Part shown: in pieces, positions 19,786-29,463 of the stretch | Position numbering within the stretch: the first letter of the stretch is position 1 | Layout: each line of letters starts with the position of its first letter | Assembly: GCA_035465595.1 (NCBI GenBank) | Contig: DATIVW010000152.1 | Span: forward strand, 1 to 44,925 | DNA: 44,925 bases | Reading direction: 5' to 3' | Origin: Rhizomicrobium sp. | Lineage (GTDB): Bacteria; Pseudomonadota; Alphaproteobacteria; Micropepsales; Micropepsaceae | Position numbers and translations under genes: made by a program | Notes under the pieces: generated by a model | What the model was told of the DNA's origin: nothing | Seen by the model: only the letters and a program-made list of their open reading frames with translations | Database searches by the model: none

Positions 19786-21792
19786 ATGCCAATCGGCATA
19801 TTGCTGTGGTGCGTGTTCGTCCTTCTCGCTCTTGCGCTGGCGGCAATTGGTATCGCCACACGCCACTATGCAACGCCCATTCTCTATGCCGCGAGCGCTC
19901 TGATCTGCGGCGTCGCGGTCTTTACCGCGTCGGTAAACCTCATTGCGGGGTTGCCCGCGACATTGACATTGCCACTGGGCCTTCCATGGATCGGCGCGCA
20001 CTTCCGGCTGGACGCGCTATCATCGTTTTTTCTGGTGATCGTCAATCTCGGCGGTGCGGCCGCCAGTCTCTATGGCATCGGTTATGGCCAGCACGAAACT
20101 GCACCTGCGCGCGTGCTGCCGTTCTTCCCTGCGTTTCTCGCAGGCATGAACCTCGTCCTTTTAGCGGATGACGCATTCACATTCCTTTTGTCGTGGGAAT
20201 TCATGTCGCTGGCCTCATGGGCCCTGGTAATGGCGCATCATCGCGTGCTCGAAAATATGAGGGCTGGCTACATCTATATCCTGATGGCGAGCGCCGGCAC
20301 ATTCGCGCTTCTGCTGGCCTTCGGTCTGCTTGCAGGACCGGATGGCGGCTATGGATTCGCCGCCATCCGCGCCAGCCATTCAACCCCGCTTCTCGCCGCG
20401 CTCGTCCTGCTGCTGACGCTTGTGGGCGCCGGTTCGAAAGCGGGCCTGGTGCCTCTGCATGTCTGGCTGCCGCTGGCGCACCCTGCGGCACCCAGCCATG
20501 TTTCGGCACTGATGAGCGGTGTGATGACGAAGGTCGCGATCTATGCCTTCATCCGCATCGTCTTCGATCTTTTGGGGTCGCCACAGTGGTGGTGGGGCAT
20601 CGTCGTCCTGATGCTGGGCGGCGCGAGCGCCCTGATGGGCGTGCTCTACGCCCTTTTTCAGAACGACCTCAAACGCGTGTTGGCCTATAGTACGATCGAA
20701 AATATCGGCTTTGTTTTTGTAGGCCTAGGTCTTGCCCTGGCGTTTCGGGCAGACGGTTTCGAGGCCGCTGCTGTGCTTGCGCTGACAGCGGCCCTGTTTC
20801 ATGCATTCAATCATTCTCTGCTCAAGAGCCTGTTGTTCTTCGGCTCCGGGGCGGTGCTCACCGCCACGGGAGCGCGCGATATGGACGCGCTGGGCGGGCT
20901 TATCCACCGCATGCCCGTAACTGCGTTTGCTGTCCTCGCGGGCTGTGTCGGCATATCGGCTCTTCCGCCGTTCAATGCCTTTGCGTCCGAGTGGCTCACC
21001 TTCCAGGCCATCCTGTTGAGCCCGGAACTGCCGCAATGGGGCCTGAAGCTCTTTGTTCCCGCGGTGGGGGCATTGCTGACGCTTTCAGTGGCGCTGGCAG
21101 CAGCCTGCTTTGTTCGTCTCTTCGGGATTACTTTCCTCGGCCGCGCGCGAACATCTGCGGTGGTAGACGCACACGAGGCTGACAATTTCTCCATCACTGC
21201 CATGCTGGTGCTGGCGACGCTATCCTTGCTGGCTGGGATCCTTCCCGGATTTGTTATCGATGCCATCGGGCCTGTGGCGCAGAGCATCTTAGGCGCAAGG
21301 ATGCCCTCGCAGGCGAGCGTGCCCTGGCTGTCGATCGTGCCGATCGCGCAGAGTCGCAGTTCCTACAATGGACTTCTGGTGTTCGCGTTCATCGCCATGT
21401 CGGCAGCGATAACAGCCACCGCGATCCACGTTCTGGCATCGCGAAGGATGCGCCGCGCGCCCATCTGGGATGGCGGATTTCCCGACGCCAATCCGGCTCT
21501 GCAATATAGCGCGAATAGTTTCGCGCAGCCGATCCGCAGGGTGTTCGGAACGATACTCTTTCGCGCGCGCGAGGAGATCGCGATGCCGCCGCCGGGCGAC
21601 ACGAGCCCCGCACGGCTACAGATCCACTTGCGGGATGTTATTTGGGATGTGCTGTACGCGCCGGTTGCCGGCGCCGTCGGTTTCATCGCGGATCGCCTCA
21701 ATGTTCTCCAGTTTCTGACAATCCGTCGCTATCTGAGCCTGGTGTTCGTTGCTCTGGTCACGCTGCTTCTGGTGCTTGCGATATGGCGCTGA
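19786..21792 (+). CDS. hyfB: HyfB-like antiporter-type membrane subunit of the Ehr complex
   Basis: KAGLVPLHVWLPLAHPAAPSHVSALMSG; KRVLAYSTIEN. Confidence 0.9.
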   Translation: MPIGILLWCVFVLLALALAAIGIATRHYATPILYAASALICGVAVFTASVNLIAGLPATLTLPLGLPWIGAHFRLDALSSFFLVIVNLGGAAASLYGIGYGQHETAPARVLPFFPAFLAGMNLVLLADDAFTFLLSWEFMSLASWALVMAHHRVLENMRAGYIYILMASAGTFALLLAFGLLAGPDGGYGFAAIRASHSTPLLAALVLLLTLVGAGSKAGLVPLHVWLPLAHPAAPSHVSALMSGVMTKVAIYAFIRIVFDLLGSPQWWWGIVVLMLGGASALMGVLYALFQNDLKRVLAYSTIENIGFVFVGLGLALAFRADGFEAAAVLALTAALFHAFNHSLLKSLLFFGSGAVLTATGARDMDALGGLIHRMPVTAFAVLAGCVGISALPPFNAFASEWLTFQAILLSPELPQWGLKLFVPAVGALLTLSVALAAACFVRLFGITFLGRARTSAVVDAHEADNFSITAMLVLATLSLLAGILPGFVIDAIGPVAQSILGARMPSQASVPWLSIVPIAQSRSSYNGLLVFAFIAMSAAITATAIHVLASRRMRRAPIWDGGFPDANPALQYSANSFAQPIRRVFGTILFRAREEIAMPPPGDTSPARLQIHLRDVIWDVLYAPVAGAVGFIADRLNVLQFLTIRRYLSLVFVALVTLLLVLAIWR

Positions 21793-22739
21793 TCCGCGAT
21801 CTGGCAGTGCAGGGCCTGCAGATGCTTCTCGTCGTGCTGCTGGCGCCGTTCGTCACCGGCCTTATCAGAAAGATGAAGGCGCGGCTGCAACGACGCCAAG
21901 GGCCGCCGATCCTGCAACCATATCGTGATCTGCTGCGGTTGATGCGCAAGGACGTGGTGCTGGCCGACAACGCGTCCTGGTTGTTCCGGGCGGCGCCTTA
22001 TCTCATCTTTGCCGCGACCTGGGTTGCGGCTGCCCTGGTGCCGACCTTTGGCGCCGGGCTTTTGTTTAGCTGGTCTGCCGATCTCATCGCCATCGTGGCG
22101 CTCCTTGGAAGCGCGCGTTTTTTTCTTACTCTGGCTGGCATGGATGTGGGCACAAGTTTTGGCGGAATCGGCTCCAGCCGCGAGGTGATGATCGCATCGC
22201 TGGCCGAACCCGCGATGATCATGATCATCTTCTCGCTGGCCTTGCTTGCGCGCTCGACACAGCTTTCCACCATCGCCGAATACATGCTTTCGCCCCAGGT
22301 GGGGCTGCGCGTGACATTGGGCTTGGCGTCCGTCTCGCTGGTGATGGTGGGAATCGCGGAAAACGCACGCATCCCGGTCGATAATCCCGCCACACATCTG
22401 GAACTCACTATGGTGCATGAGGCGATGGTGTTGGAATATTCCGGGCGCCATCTCGCGGTCATCGAGCTCGCCGGATCGCTCAAGCTTCTTCTCTACATTT
22501 CGCTGATCGCCTGCCTTTTTACGCCGTGGGGTCTGGCGCCTGCCGGTGCCGGTTGGCAGGCACATGCGATAGGTGCCGCCGCCTATCTGGCCAAGATCGT
22601 TGTGGCCTGCGCGGCGCTCGCCATCTTCGAGACGACCATCGCAAAGATGCGCGTGTTCCGCGTCCCGACCTTTCTCGGCGCTGCCTTGATGCTGGGACTG
22701 CTAGGCACGCTGCTTCTCTTCGTGTCGCGGGGACTTTAG
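21783..22739 (+). CDS. hyfC: HyfC/HycD (NuoH-like) membrane subunit
   Basis: KARLQRRQGPPILQPYRDL; RIPVDNPATHLELTMVHEAMVLEYSG. Confidence 0.9.
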   Translation: MALIRDLAVQGLQMLLVVLLAPFVTGLIRKMKARLQRRQGPPILQPYRDLLRLMRKDVVLADNASWLFRAAPYLIFAATWVAAALVPTFGAGLLFSWSADLIAIVALLGSARFFLTLAGMDVGTSFGGIGSSREVMIASLAEPAMIMIIFSLALLARSTQLSTIAEYMLSPQVGLRVTLGLASVSLVMVGIAENARIPVDNPATHLELTMVHEAMVLEYSGRHLAVIELAGSLKLLLYISLIACLFTPWGLAPAGAGWQAHAIGAAAYLAKIVVACAALAIFETTIAKMRVFRVPTFLGAALMLGLLGTLLLFVSRGL

Positions 22740-23402
22740 ATGCACGGGCTCGATTTTGACATCGCGCATCTTCTGGCGGGCAGCTTGGTGCTGGTGAGCT
22801 TCATGATGCTCTATCAGGACCGGCTCTATGCCCTTCTCAATATCTACGCACTCCACGCCATGGTGCTTTCACTATCTGTCGCATGGCAGGCGCATATACA
22901 GGATGCGCCGCACCTCTTCATCACGGCCAGCATCGCCTTGCTGTTCAAGGCGATCTTCATTCCCATTGCGCTGCACCGGATGATCGTCAGGCTGGGCATC
23001 CACCGCGAGATCGAGGCGGTCGGTAGCATCGGTCTGACCATGCTTGTCGGAATCGGGCTCGTCGGGCTGTCCCTGGCGGTGATGCTGAAAGTTACCGCCG
23101 GCGCCGATCTGGTGGCGCGCGAGGATATCGCGTTCGCGCTTTCGGTCGTCCTTCTCGGCCTTTTGATCATGGTCACCCGCCGCAACGCGGTCAGCCAGGT
23201 GGTGGGTTTCATGTCACTCGAGAACGGACTGGTCCTGGCCGCGACAGGCGCGAAGGGCATGCCGCTGGTGGTGGAGATCAGCGTCGCCTTCTCCGTGCTC
23301 ATCGCTTTCATCGTGATCGGCATATTCTTGTTCCGCATTCGTGAACGCTTCGACACGGTTGACGTGCGGGCGCTGGATCGCTTCCGGGGTGAGCAGCGAT
23401 GA
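22740..23402 (+). CDS. hyfE: HyfE-like membrane subunit
   Basis: QVVGFMSLENG motif; operon position. Confidence 0.88.
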   Translation: MHGLDFDIAHLLAGSLVLVSFMMLYQDRLYALLNIYALHAMVLSLSVAWQAHIQDAPHLFITASIALLFKAIFIPIALHRMIVRLGIHREIEAVGSIGLTMLVGIGLVGLSLAVMLKVTAGADLVAREDIAFALSVVLLGLLIMVTRRNAVSQVVGFMSLENGLVLAATGAKGMPLVVEISVAFSVLIAFIVIGIFLFRIRERFDTVDVRALDRFRGEQR

Positions 23403-24847
23403 ACGTGCTTCTCGCCCACAATGTGGCTTTGGTGCTCTGGACGCCCATCGTGGCGGCAGCCGTGCTCGCGGTGCTTCCCAGCTACCGGCTCTCCGCGCGC
23501 CTCAATATGCTGGCGAGTTTTCTCACTCTGGCAGCAGCGTTGTCGCTTTTTGTCAGCCACCCGACCGCGGATTCCTATTTCCTGGTCGACGATCTCAACA
23601 TTGTCTTTGTCATTCTGAACACCTTCGTTGGCTTCACGACGAGCGTGTTCAGTGCCAGCTATATCGGTCATGAGCTGGAGACGGGGCGGCTGACGCCGAC
23701 ATACCTGCGGTTCTATCACGCTATGTACCAAGTGATGATGTTCGGCATGAACCTCGCGCTCCTGGTCAACAATATCGGCCTCATGTGGGTGGCGATCGAG
23801 CTGGCCACCCTGGCGACTGTCCTCATGGTCGGCATCTACCGCACGCACGAAGCGTTAGAGGCGGCATGGAAATATTTCATCCTTGCCAGCGTCGGTATCG
23901 CCTTCGCGCTGTTTGGCACCATCCTTGTCTATATGTCCGCCGTGCCCGTCGTCGGGGAAGGTCTTCCCGGAATGACCTGGACGATTCTTGTCGCGAAGGT
24001 ATCGGCCTTCGATCCCGCGCTCCTGAGCGTAGCCTTCATATTTCTCTTCCTTGGTTACGGCACCAAGGTGGGTCTCGCGCCGCTGCATGCCTGGTTGCCC
24101 GACGCGCATGCCGAAGGTCCCACCCCGATCTCCGCCGTGCTGTCCGGATTGCTCCTGAACGTGGCGCTTTACGCCATCTTGCGGTTCAAGATGTTGATGA
24201 CCCTGAACAATCGCGCGATCTCGCCGGGCCCTCTTATGGTGATCATTGGCCTGATCTCGCTCGTGTTCGCGGCATTCATGCTCTATCGCCGCCGCGACAT
24301 AAAAAGGCTGTTTGCGTATTCCTCCATCGAGCATATGGGCATTATCGTCTTCGCCTTCGGTATGGGCGGACCCTTGGCCAATTTTGCGGGTCTCCTGCAG
24401 ATGACGATGCACAGCCTTACCAAGTCCGGAATTTTCTTCACGGTCGGTCATATCGCGCAAGTCAAGGGAACGCAGAAGATCGCCGAAATCCGCGGTCTGA
24501 CCGAGACGCATCCCTTGCTGGGCTGGAGCCTGATCGTGGGCGTTCTTGCGATCGCGGGCATGCCGCCGCTGGGGATTTTCATGAGCGAGTTTCTGGTCGT
24601 GAGCTCGACTTTTGCGCGGTCACCGCTTTTGGCGATCCCACTGGTTTTCGGGTTGCTGGTCGCATTCGGCGCACTTTTGCTGCGCGTCCAAGGCTTCGCC
24701 TTCGGCAAGCCCACCGGGAATACGACACCGGTGCGTGCCTCCTATTTGCCGATCTTCGCACATTTTTCGTTGGTGCTTGTTGCCGGACTCTACTTGCCGC
24801 CGATGCTGGTGACCTGGTTCCAGCATGTGGCGCGGATGTTGGGATAG
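23399..24847 (+). CDS. hyfF: HyfF-like antiporter-type membrane subunit
   Basis: EAAWKY; GTKVGLAPLHAWLPDAHAEGPTPISAVLSG; KRLFAYSSIEH. Confidence 0.9.
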   Translation: MNVLLAHNVALVLWTPIVAAAVLAVLPSYRLSARLNMLASFLTLAAALSLFVSHPTADSYFLVDDLNIVFVILNTFVGFTTSVFSASYIGHELETGRLTPTYLRFYHAMYQVMMFGMNLALLVNNIGLMWVAIELATLATVLMVGIYRTHEALEAAWKYFILASVGIAFALFGTILVYMSAVPVVGEGLPGMTWTILVAKVSAFDPALLSVAFIFLFLGYGTKVGLAPLHAWLPDAHAEGPTPISAVLSGLLLNVALYAILRFKMLMTLNNRAISPGPLMVIIGLISLVFAAFMLYRRRDIKRLFAYSSIEHMGIIVFAFGMGGPLANFAGLLQMTMHSLTKSGIFFTVGHIAQVKGTQKIAEIRGLTETHPLLGWSLIVGVLAIAGMPPLGIFMSEFLVVSSTFARSPLLAIPLVFGLLVAFGALLLRVQGFAFGKPTGNTTPVRASYLPIFAHFSLVLVAGLYLPPMLVTWFQHVARMLG

Positions 24848-24848
24848 G

Positions 24849-26354
24849 ATGGCCTCTCTAACCGAAATCATCGCGAAAGGCGCCAAGGTCGGTGATCAGC
24901 GGCCCTGGCCGCGCTTTGCCGTCGATGCCGTGCAGTGGCAGCAGATTGCAGAGGGGTTTCGCGACGAGGCATTTGTACTATCCGGATTGTGGGGCGACGT
25001 CGACGCCGTCCATATGGCGCTGCTCGATGAAGTTCGCAGAGAGATGGCCGTGGCGACGTTCCCTTGCCCGGGCGGACATTTTCCGTCGATCGGAAGCATT
25101 CATCCGCCGGCAATTCGGCTGGAGCGGGCGATCCACGATCTGTTTGGATATGTGCCCGACGGTGCACCGGATCCGCGTCCCTGGCTCGATCATGGCTGTT
25201 GGGATGTGCGCCATCCGCTCGGTGCGCGGACGCCGGGGACAGATGCCTCGTCCTATGCGTTCCTTCCTGCCGAGGGCGAAAGCCTTCATCAGATCGCGGT
25301 CGGCCCGGTGCATGCCGGCATCATCGAGCCAGGCCACTTCCGTTTCTCGGCGAATGGCGAAGCGATTGTGCGCCTGGAAGAGCGCCTCGGCTACACGCAC
25401 AAGGGCGTCGAGTCGCTGATGCATGGCCTGCCGCTCGACCGCGCCGCAAAGCTCGCCGGCCGCGTGTCGGGCGACAGCACGGTTGCCTATGCGCTGACTT
25501 TCTCGCGCGCGGCTGAAGCGGCACTTGACATTGAAATACCGCCGCGCGTGCATTGGCTGCGCGCCCTCATGGCCGAACTCGAACGTCTCGCCAACCATCT
25601 GGGCGACATCGGCGCCATCTGCAACGATGCCAGTTTTGCGCTGATGTTGGCTCACAGTGCCGTTTTGCGCGAGCGCGTGCTGCGCGCTTGCGATGCCTGC
25701 TTCGGACACCGCCTGATGCGCGACGTCATCGTGCCGGGAGGTGTCACCACCGATTTGGACCAGCAGCGAATTTTCAGATTGCGCCAACTCCTTACAGAAC
25801 TGAACCGGCAGTTCCCGCGGCTCGTGGAGCTCTACGACAATACCGCCTCGCTCCAGGACAGAACCGTCGGCACGGGCCATCTTGATCCGGCACTCGCGCA
25901 CCGGTTCGGTGCGGGCGGTTATGTCGGGCGCGCTTCAGGGCGGGCTTTCGACGCGCGGAAAACTCTCGCCTACCCTCCCTACGACCAGCTCGCCTTCGAT
26001 GTTCCCGTGCGCGACGATGGCGACGTCAACGCGCGCGTTTGGATTCGCATCGGCGAGGTCGTGCAGAGCATTGCCGTGATCGACCAAATCTTGAACAACC
26101 TTCCGCGCGGCACGATTCGAATAAACCCGATGCCACGTGCCGGCGAGGGCATGGCGCTCGTCGAAGGCTTTCGCGGCGATATTCTGATCTGGCTGCAACT
26201 CAACGAAGACGGGTGCGTACGACGTTGTCACCTGCGCGATCCGTCCTGGTTTCAGTGGCCGCTGCTGGAAGCAGCCATCGAAGGCAACATCGTTGCGGAC
26301 TTTCCGCTCTGCAATAAATCGTTCAATTGCTCCTATTCAGGCTCGGATCTCTGA
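24849..26354 (+). CDS. HyfG/HycE-like (NuoCD-like) large subunit lacking the NiFe-binding CxxC motifs (Ehr type)
   Basis: GPVHAGIIEPGHFR, GYTHKGVE, RDPS; RVSGDS replaces RxCGxC and FNCSYSGSDL replaces DPCxxC. Confidence 0.9.
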   Translation: MASLTEIIAKGAKVGDQRPWPRFAVDAVQWQQIAEGFRDEAFVLSGLWGDVDAVHMALLDEVRREMAVATFPCPGGHFPSIGSIHPPAIRLERAIHDLFGYVPDGAPDPRPWLDHGCWDVRHPLGARTPGTDASSYAFLPAEGESLHQIAVGPVHAGIIEPGHFRFSANGEAIVRLEERLGYTHKGVESLMHGLPLDRAAKLAGRVSGDSTVAYALTFSRAAEAALDIEIPPRVHWLRALMAELERLANHLGDIGAICNDASFALMLAHSAVLRERVLRACDACFGHRLMRDVIVPGGVTTDLDQQRIFRLRQLLTELNRQFPRLVELYDNTASLQDRTVGTGHLDPALAHRFGAGGYVGRASGRAFDARKTLAYPPYDQLAFDVPVRDDGDVNARVWIRIGEVVQSIAVIDQILNNLPRGTIRINPMPRAGEGMALVEGFRGDILIWLQLNEDGCVRRCHLRDPSWFQWPLLEAAIEGNIVADFPLCNKSFNCSYSGSDL

Positions 26355-26356
26355 AC

Positions 26357-26890
26357 ATGCGCAGATTGCTGTTTCAAGGACTGGTTCGTTCTCCCCTGAC
26401 GGAGCCTCTTCCAGTTTCCGACGACCCGGAACTGGCAGCACTTTCCCGGAGGCTCGATGCCGCGGCAAAGCGGCGCCTCGGACGCAGTCTCTCGATCCGC
26501 GTAATCGATGCCGGCTCCTGCAATGGATGCGAGCTGGAGATCAATGCGCTGAGCAATGCGTTTTACGACTTGGAGCGCTTCGGCTTGAAGTTCGTCGCTT
26601 CACCGCGCCATGCGGATGTTCTGTTCGTCACCGGGCCGGTGACCAAGAACATGCGCGAAGCACTCGGCAGAACGTACCGGGCGACACCCGACCCCAAATG
26701 GGTGATCGCCGTGGGCGACTGTGCGATCGATGGCGGTCTGTTCGCCGGGAGCTACGCCGTGATCGGCGGAGTGGCAGAAGTCATTCAGGTCGATGTGGTC
26801 ATTCGGGGCTGCCCGCCGCGCCCGCGCGACCTGCTGAATGGATTGCTGGCGCTGCTGGAGCGGCCGCATCGCGCGGCGGCATCCCAATGA
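26357..26890 (+). CDS. HyfI/HycG (NuoB-like) Fe-S small subunit
   Basis: GSCNGCE, SPRHAD, VGDCA, GCPP. Confidence 0.92.
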   Translation: MRRLLFQGLVRSPLTEPLPVSDDPELAALSRRLDAAAKRRLGRSLSIRVIDAGSCNGCELEINALSNAFYDLERFGLKFVASPRHADVLFVTGPVTKNMREALGRTYRATPDPKWVIAVGDCAIDGGLFAGSYAVIGGVAEVIQVDVVIRGCPPRPRDLLNGLLALLERPHRAAASQ

Positions 26891-27621
26891 TCCGTCTGGA
26901 AGATTGCAAGTCGCCCTTCGGCATCGTGACGATATTCCGGCGCATTCTGACTGGCGCCGTGATCTACGATCAGTTCGGCAGCAGTCAAAGCGAAGCGGAT
27001 CGCAATGGCGTAAGTTTGGCTTCCTACATCCACGCCATTTACGACCTCATCCTGCAAGCTCGTGCACAAACCGTACTGATGATCGGCTGTGGCGGCGGCA
27101 CGCTCGGGACGATGCTGGTCCGGGCCGGCCGCAAAGTCACGATCGTCGACGTGAACCCGGATGCTTTCATCCTGGCCCGCCGCTATTTCGGCTTGCCGGA
27201 AGAGGTCGTTTGCCACGTCGAAGACGGCCAGGATTTCCTTGCGGCGGGCGCCAGCCGGTTTGACGCCATCGTCCTGGACGCGTTTCATGGCGATCATATT
27301 CCATCGCATCTTCGGTCGAGGGCGTTTTTCCAACTTGCACGAGAACGGCTCGACCCGCGTGGCTGTCTGTTCGCAAATGTCCATGTCCAGGACGATCAAG
27401 ACGGCGCTCCTGGGCAAATGGCGGAGTGCGCGTTGGATGTCTGGCCCGATGTCCGGCTGCTGGACTCACCAGGCTGGACCAATCGCAACGCGATCGTGAT
27501 GGCAGGTAATGTGGAGCAACTAAAACAGCCCACTCTGTCCGTTCGACCTCTGGGCCTCGCCGACGAGCTCTCGCGGGAACTGGACACGATGAATTTCTCC
27601 TCTTGGAAAATTGTGTTGTGA
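26887..27621 (+). CDS. Spermidine-synthase-fold SAM-binding protein
   Basis: VLMIGCGGGT, IVDVNP, EDG, FDAIVLDAF; ATGA overlap with the small-subunit gene. Confidence 0.8.
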   Translation: MIRLEDCKSPFGIVTIFRRILTGAVIYDQFGSSQSEADRNGVSLASYIHAIYDLILQARAQTVLMIGCGGGTLGTMLVRAGRKVTIVDVNPDAFILARRYFGLPEEVVCHVEDGQDFLAAGASRFDAIVLDAFHGDHIPSHLRSRAFFQLARERLDPRGCLFANVHVQDDQDGAPGQMAECALDVWPDVRLLDSPGWTNRNAIVMAGNVEQLKQPTLSVRPLGLADELSRELDTMNFSSWKIVL

Positions 27622-27664
27622 GAGAGGGCGTCCTCAAAAGTAGAGTGGCGCCGAACGGCAGCAG

Positions 27665-27695
27665 TCACAAGCTATTGGATTCTCAAAGATATTTT
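27665..27695 (+). repeat. 31-bp direct repeat, copy 1
   Basis: TCACAAGCTATTGGATTCTCAAAGATATTTT, identical to 39829-39859. Confidence 0.95.
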
Positions 27696-27774
27696 TCCGC
27701 TGTTCTTCCAACCCGTGATACCGAAAACGCTGTGCCCAGTCGCCTGCACTGACGTCTCCAACTGCCTATCTTGC

Positions 27775-28395
27775 TTAATTCCGCATCATCCACTGCCCGG
27801 CAAGCTCCATGTCATGCGGCGTGTTGATGTTGAAGAAGGGATCACCGCCCGGCGCATCGCCTGATGCTGGAAATGCCACCTCAAGGGTGGAAAGTATCTC
27901 GCGCATACCATGAAGGCTGCGCAGGCCATTCGCGAACGCGGGTTCGAGAATGGGCGCGCACCCGGCCCCCAGCAAGGCGAAGGTCCAGTGCGCAACATCT
28001 CCATATCGCGCGAAACAGACTTCGGCGTCGCGGCCGGTCAAAGTCGCCATGAGACGCTCGACGCAATCATGAGGAAAGAACGGCGCGTCGCAGGAAAACG
28101 TCGCCAGATGCGTGAACCCATGTGCAGTCGCATGGGCGAGACCGGCCAGAACGCCCGCCAAGGGTCCCTCGCCGGGATTCCGGTCTTCCAGTATCGGAAA
28201 GGGCAGCGATAAGGACCGGTCATCGTTTCGGTTGACGAGCAGCCGTTCGACCTGCGGCGCGGCGCGGCGCGCGGCGCGTTCTACAAGGCTAATGCCGCCA
28301 AGCACGGCAGTTGCCTTGTCGAAGCCGAAGCGGCGCGATTTCCCGCCGGCAAGCACCAGGCCGAGTACGCGATGCCCTAACGCTCCAGCGACCAC
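27775..28395 (-). CDS. mobA: Molybdenum cofactor guanylyltransferase; start uncertain (GTG 28395)
   Basis: LAGGKSRRFGFDK, GPLAG, CDAPF, FFNINTP. Confidence 0.93.
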   Translation of the reverse strand: MVAGALGHRVLGLVLAGGKSRRFGFDKATAVLGGISLVERAARRAAPQVERLLVNRNDDRSLSLPFPILEDRNPGEGPLAGVLAGLAHATAHGFTHLATFSCDAPFFPHDCVERLMATLTGRDAEVCFARYGDVAHWTFALLGAGCAPILEPAFANGLRSLHGMREILSTLEVAFPASGDAPGGDPFFNINTPHDMELAGQWMMRN

Positions 28396-28655
28396 GCGAT
28401 AATTTCCGAAAGGCACGCGGAGCCTGGCGAATCGGCGTTCTGAATGCGTCCCATCAGCTGGACCCAAGCCTCATTGTCCGCCATCTCGGTAAAGTTGTGA
28501 ACAGCATCGATAGCCCATTCGCAAGGGTCCTGCCCCGACCGCCTCGCCGCGTCCTGAAGACCGGCAATCGACTTGATGTCCCCCGCCTCGGCAAGGATGG
28601 CGAAAACCTGAGACTCGTCGTGAAGCTGGGACAGGATCTCTCCGAGCGTGCTCAT
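28377..28655 (-). CDS. Hypothetical protein in the nar operon
   Basis: ATGA overlap with the ppiC-like gene; 92 aa, helical. Confidence 0.7.
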   Translation of the reverse strand: MSTLGEILSQLHDESQVFAILAEAGDIKSIAGLQDAARRSGQDPCEWAIDAVHNFTEMADNEAWVQLMGRIQNADSPGSACLSEIIAWSLER

Positions 28656-29455
28656 GCAGCTTCCATGTTGTGGGCGGCTGTCATCTCGACACCCTCGATT
28701 TCGGCGCCCGAAACAAGCGACGCAACGAAGCGGGCCGTGTCATGACGCCAGCTTCGTTCCGCCAGAAACGCCGCGATCTTCTCGTGGACATAGGCGAACG
28801 GAAGAGTATCGCCAAACGCACGCGCATCGAGCCGGAGAACATGAGCGCCGAAACGCGACTTCACGGGCACTGGTGCGATTTCACCCTCTTTCAGCGTATA
28901 GAGGACGCTTTCGAATTCCGGTACGGTCTGGCCATGCGCGATTTGGCCCAGGCGGCCGCCATTGGCCCGCGAGTCGCATTCCGAGCGTTCGCGCGCGATC
29001 GCCTCAAACCGGCCCGGACTCGCCGTGAGCTCGGCGATGACTTCGTTTGCGCGGGCGACCGCACCGTCATAGGCAGCCGCATCGTGCGGATGGGCGGCGA
29101 ACAGGATATGTGATGCCTCGAACAGATCGGGGCTGCGAAAGCGCAGCCTGTTCGCCTCGTAGAACGCGCGGCATGCATCTTCATCAGGTTCTGCAACAGC
29201 GACACTGGCTTCGATTAATGCACGGATTTTCGCTTCATCATCGAGCTCGCGCTTTCCGGGCGCCACGAGTTGCGGCTCGACCTCGATATCCCGGCGGTTG
29301 GCTTCTTCGAGCAGCAATGTGCGGATTATGATCGCTCGGGCCGCCGCCTCAAACGCAGCGGCCGGGCTCTTCGCGGGATGATGCTGGGCTTCGGCCGCGA
29401 TCATGTGCGATGGAAGAACCACGCCGTTGAGCTTTATGGGAGGACGTGGCGCCAT
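28652..29455 (-). CDS. PpiC/parvulin-type peptidyl-prolyl isomerase, nar-associated
   Basis: ASHILF, SECDSRANGGRLG, TVPEFE, SRFGAHVL. Confidence 0.9.
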   Translation of the reverse strand: MAPRPPIKLNGVVLPSHMIAAEAQHHPAKSPAAAFEAAARAIIIRTLLLEEANRRDIEVEPQLVAPGKRELDDEAKIRALIEASVAVAEPDEDACRAFYEANRLRFRSPDLFEASHILFAAHPHDAAAYDGAVARANEVIAELTASPGRFEAIARERSECDSRANGGRLGQIAHGQTVPEFESVLYTLKEGEIAPVPVKSRFGAHVLRLDARAFGDTLPFAYVHEKIAAFLAERSWRHDTARFVASLVSGAEIEGVEMTAAHNMEAA

Positions 29456-29463
29456 GGCGTCGG

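Noticed and set aside
24849-26354. Active NiFe hydrogenase / formate hydrogenlyase
   Set aside because: Ni-ligating cysteine pairs are absent; no maturation or fdh genes in the window
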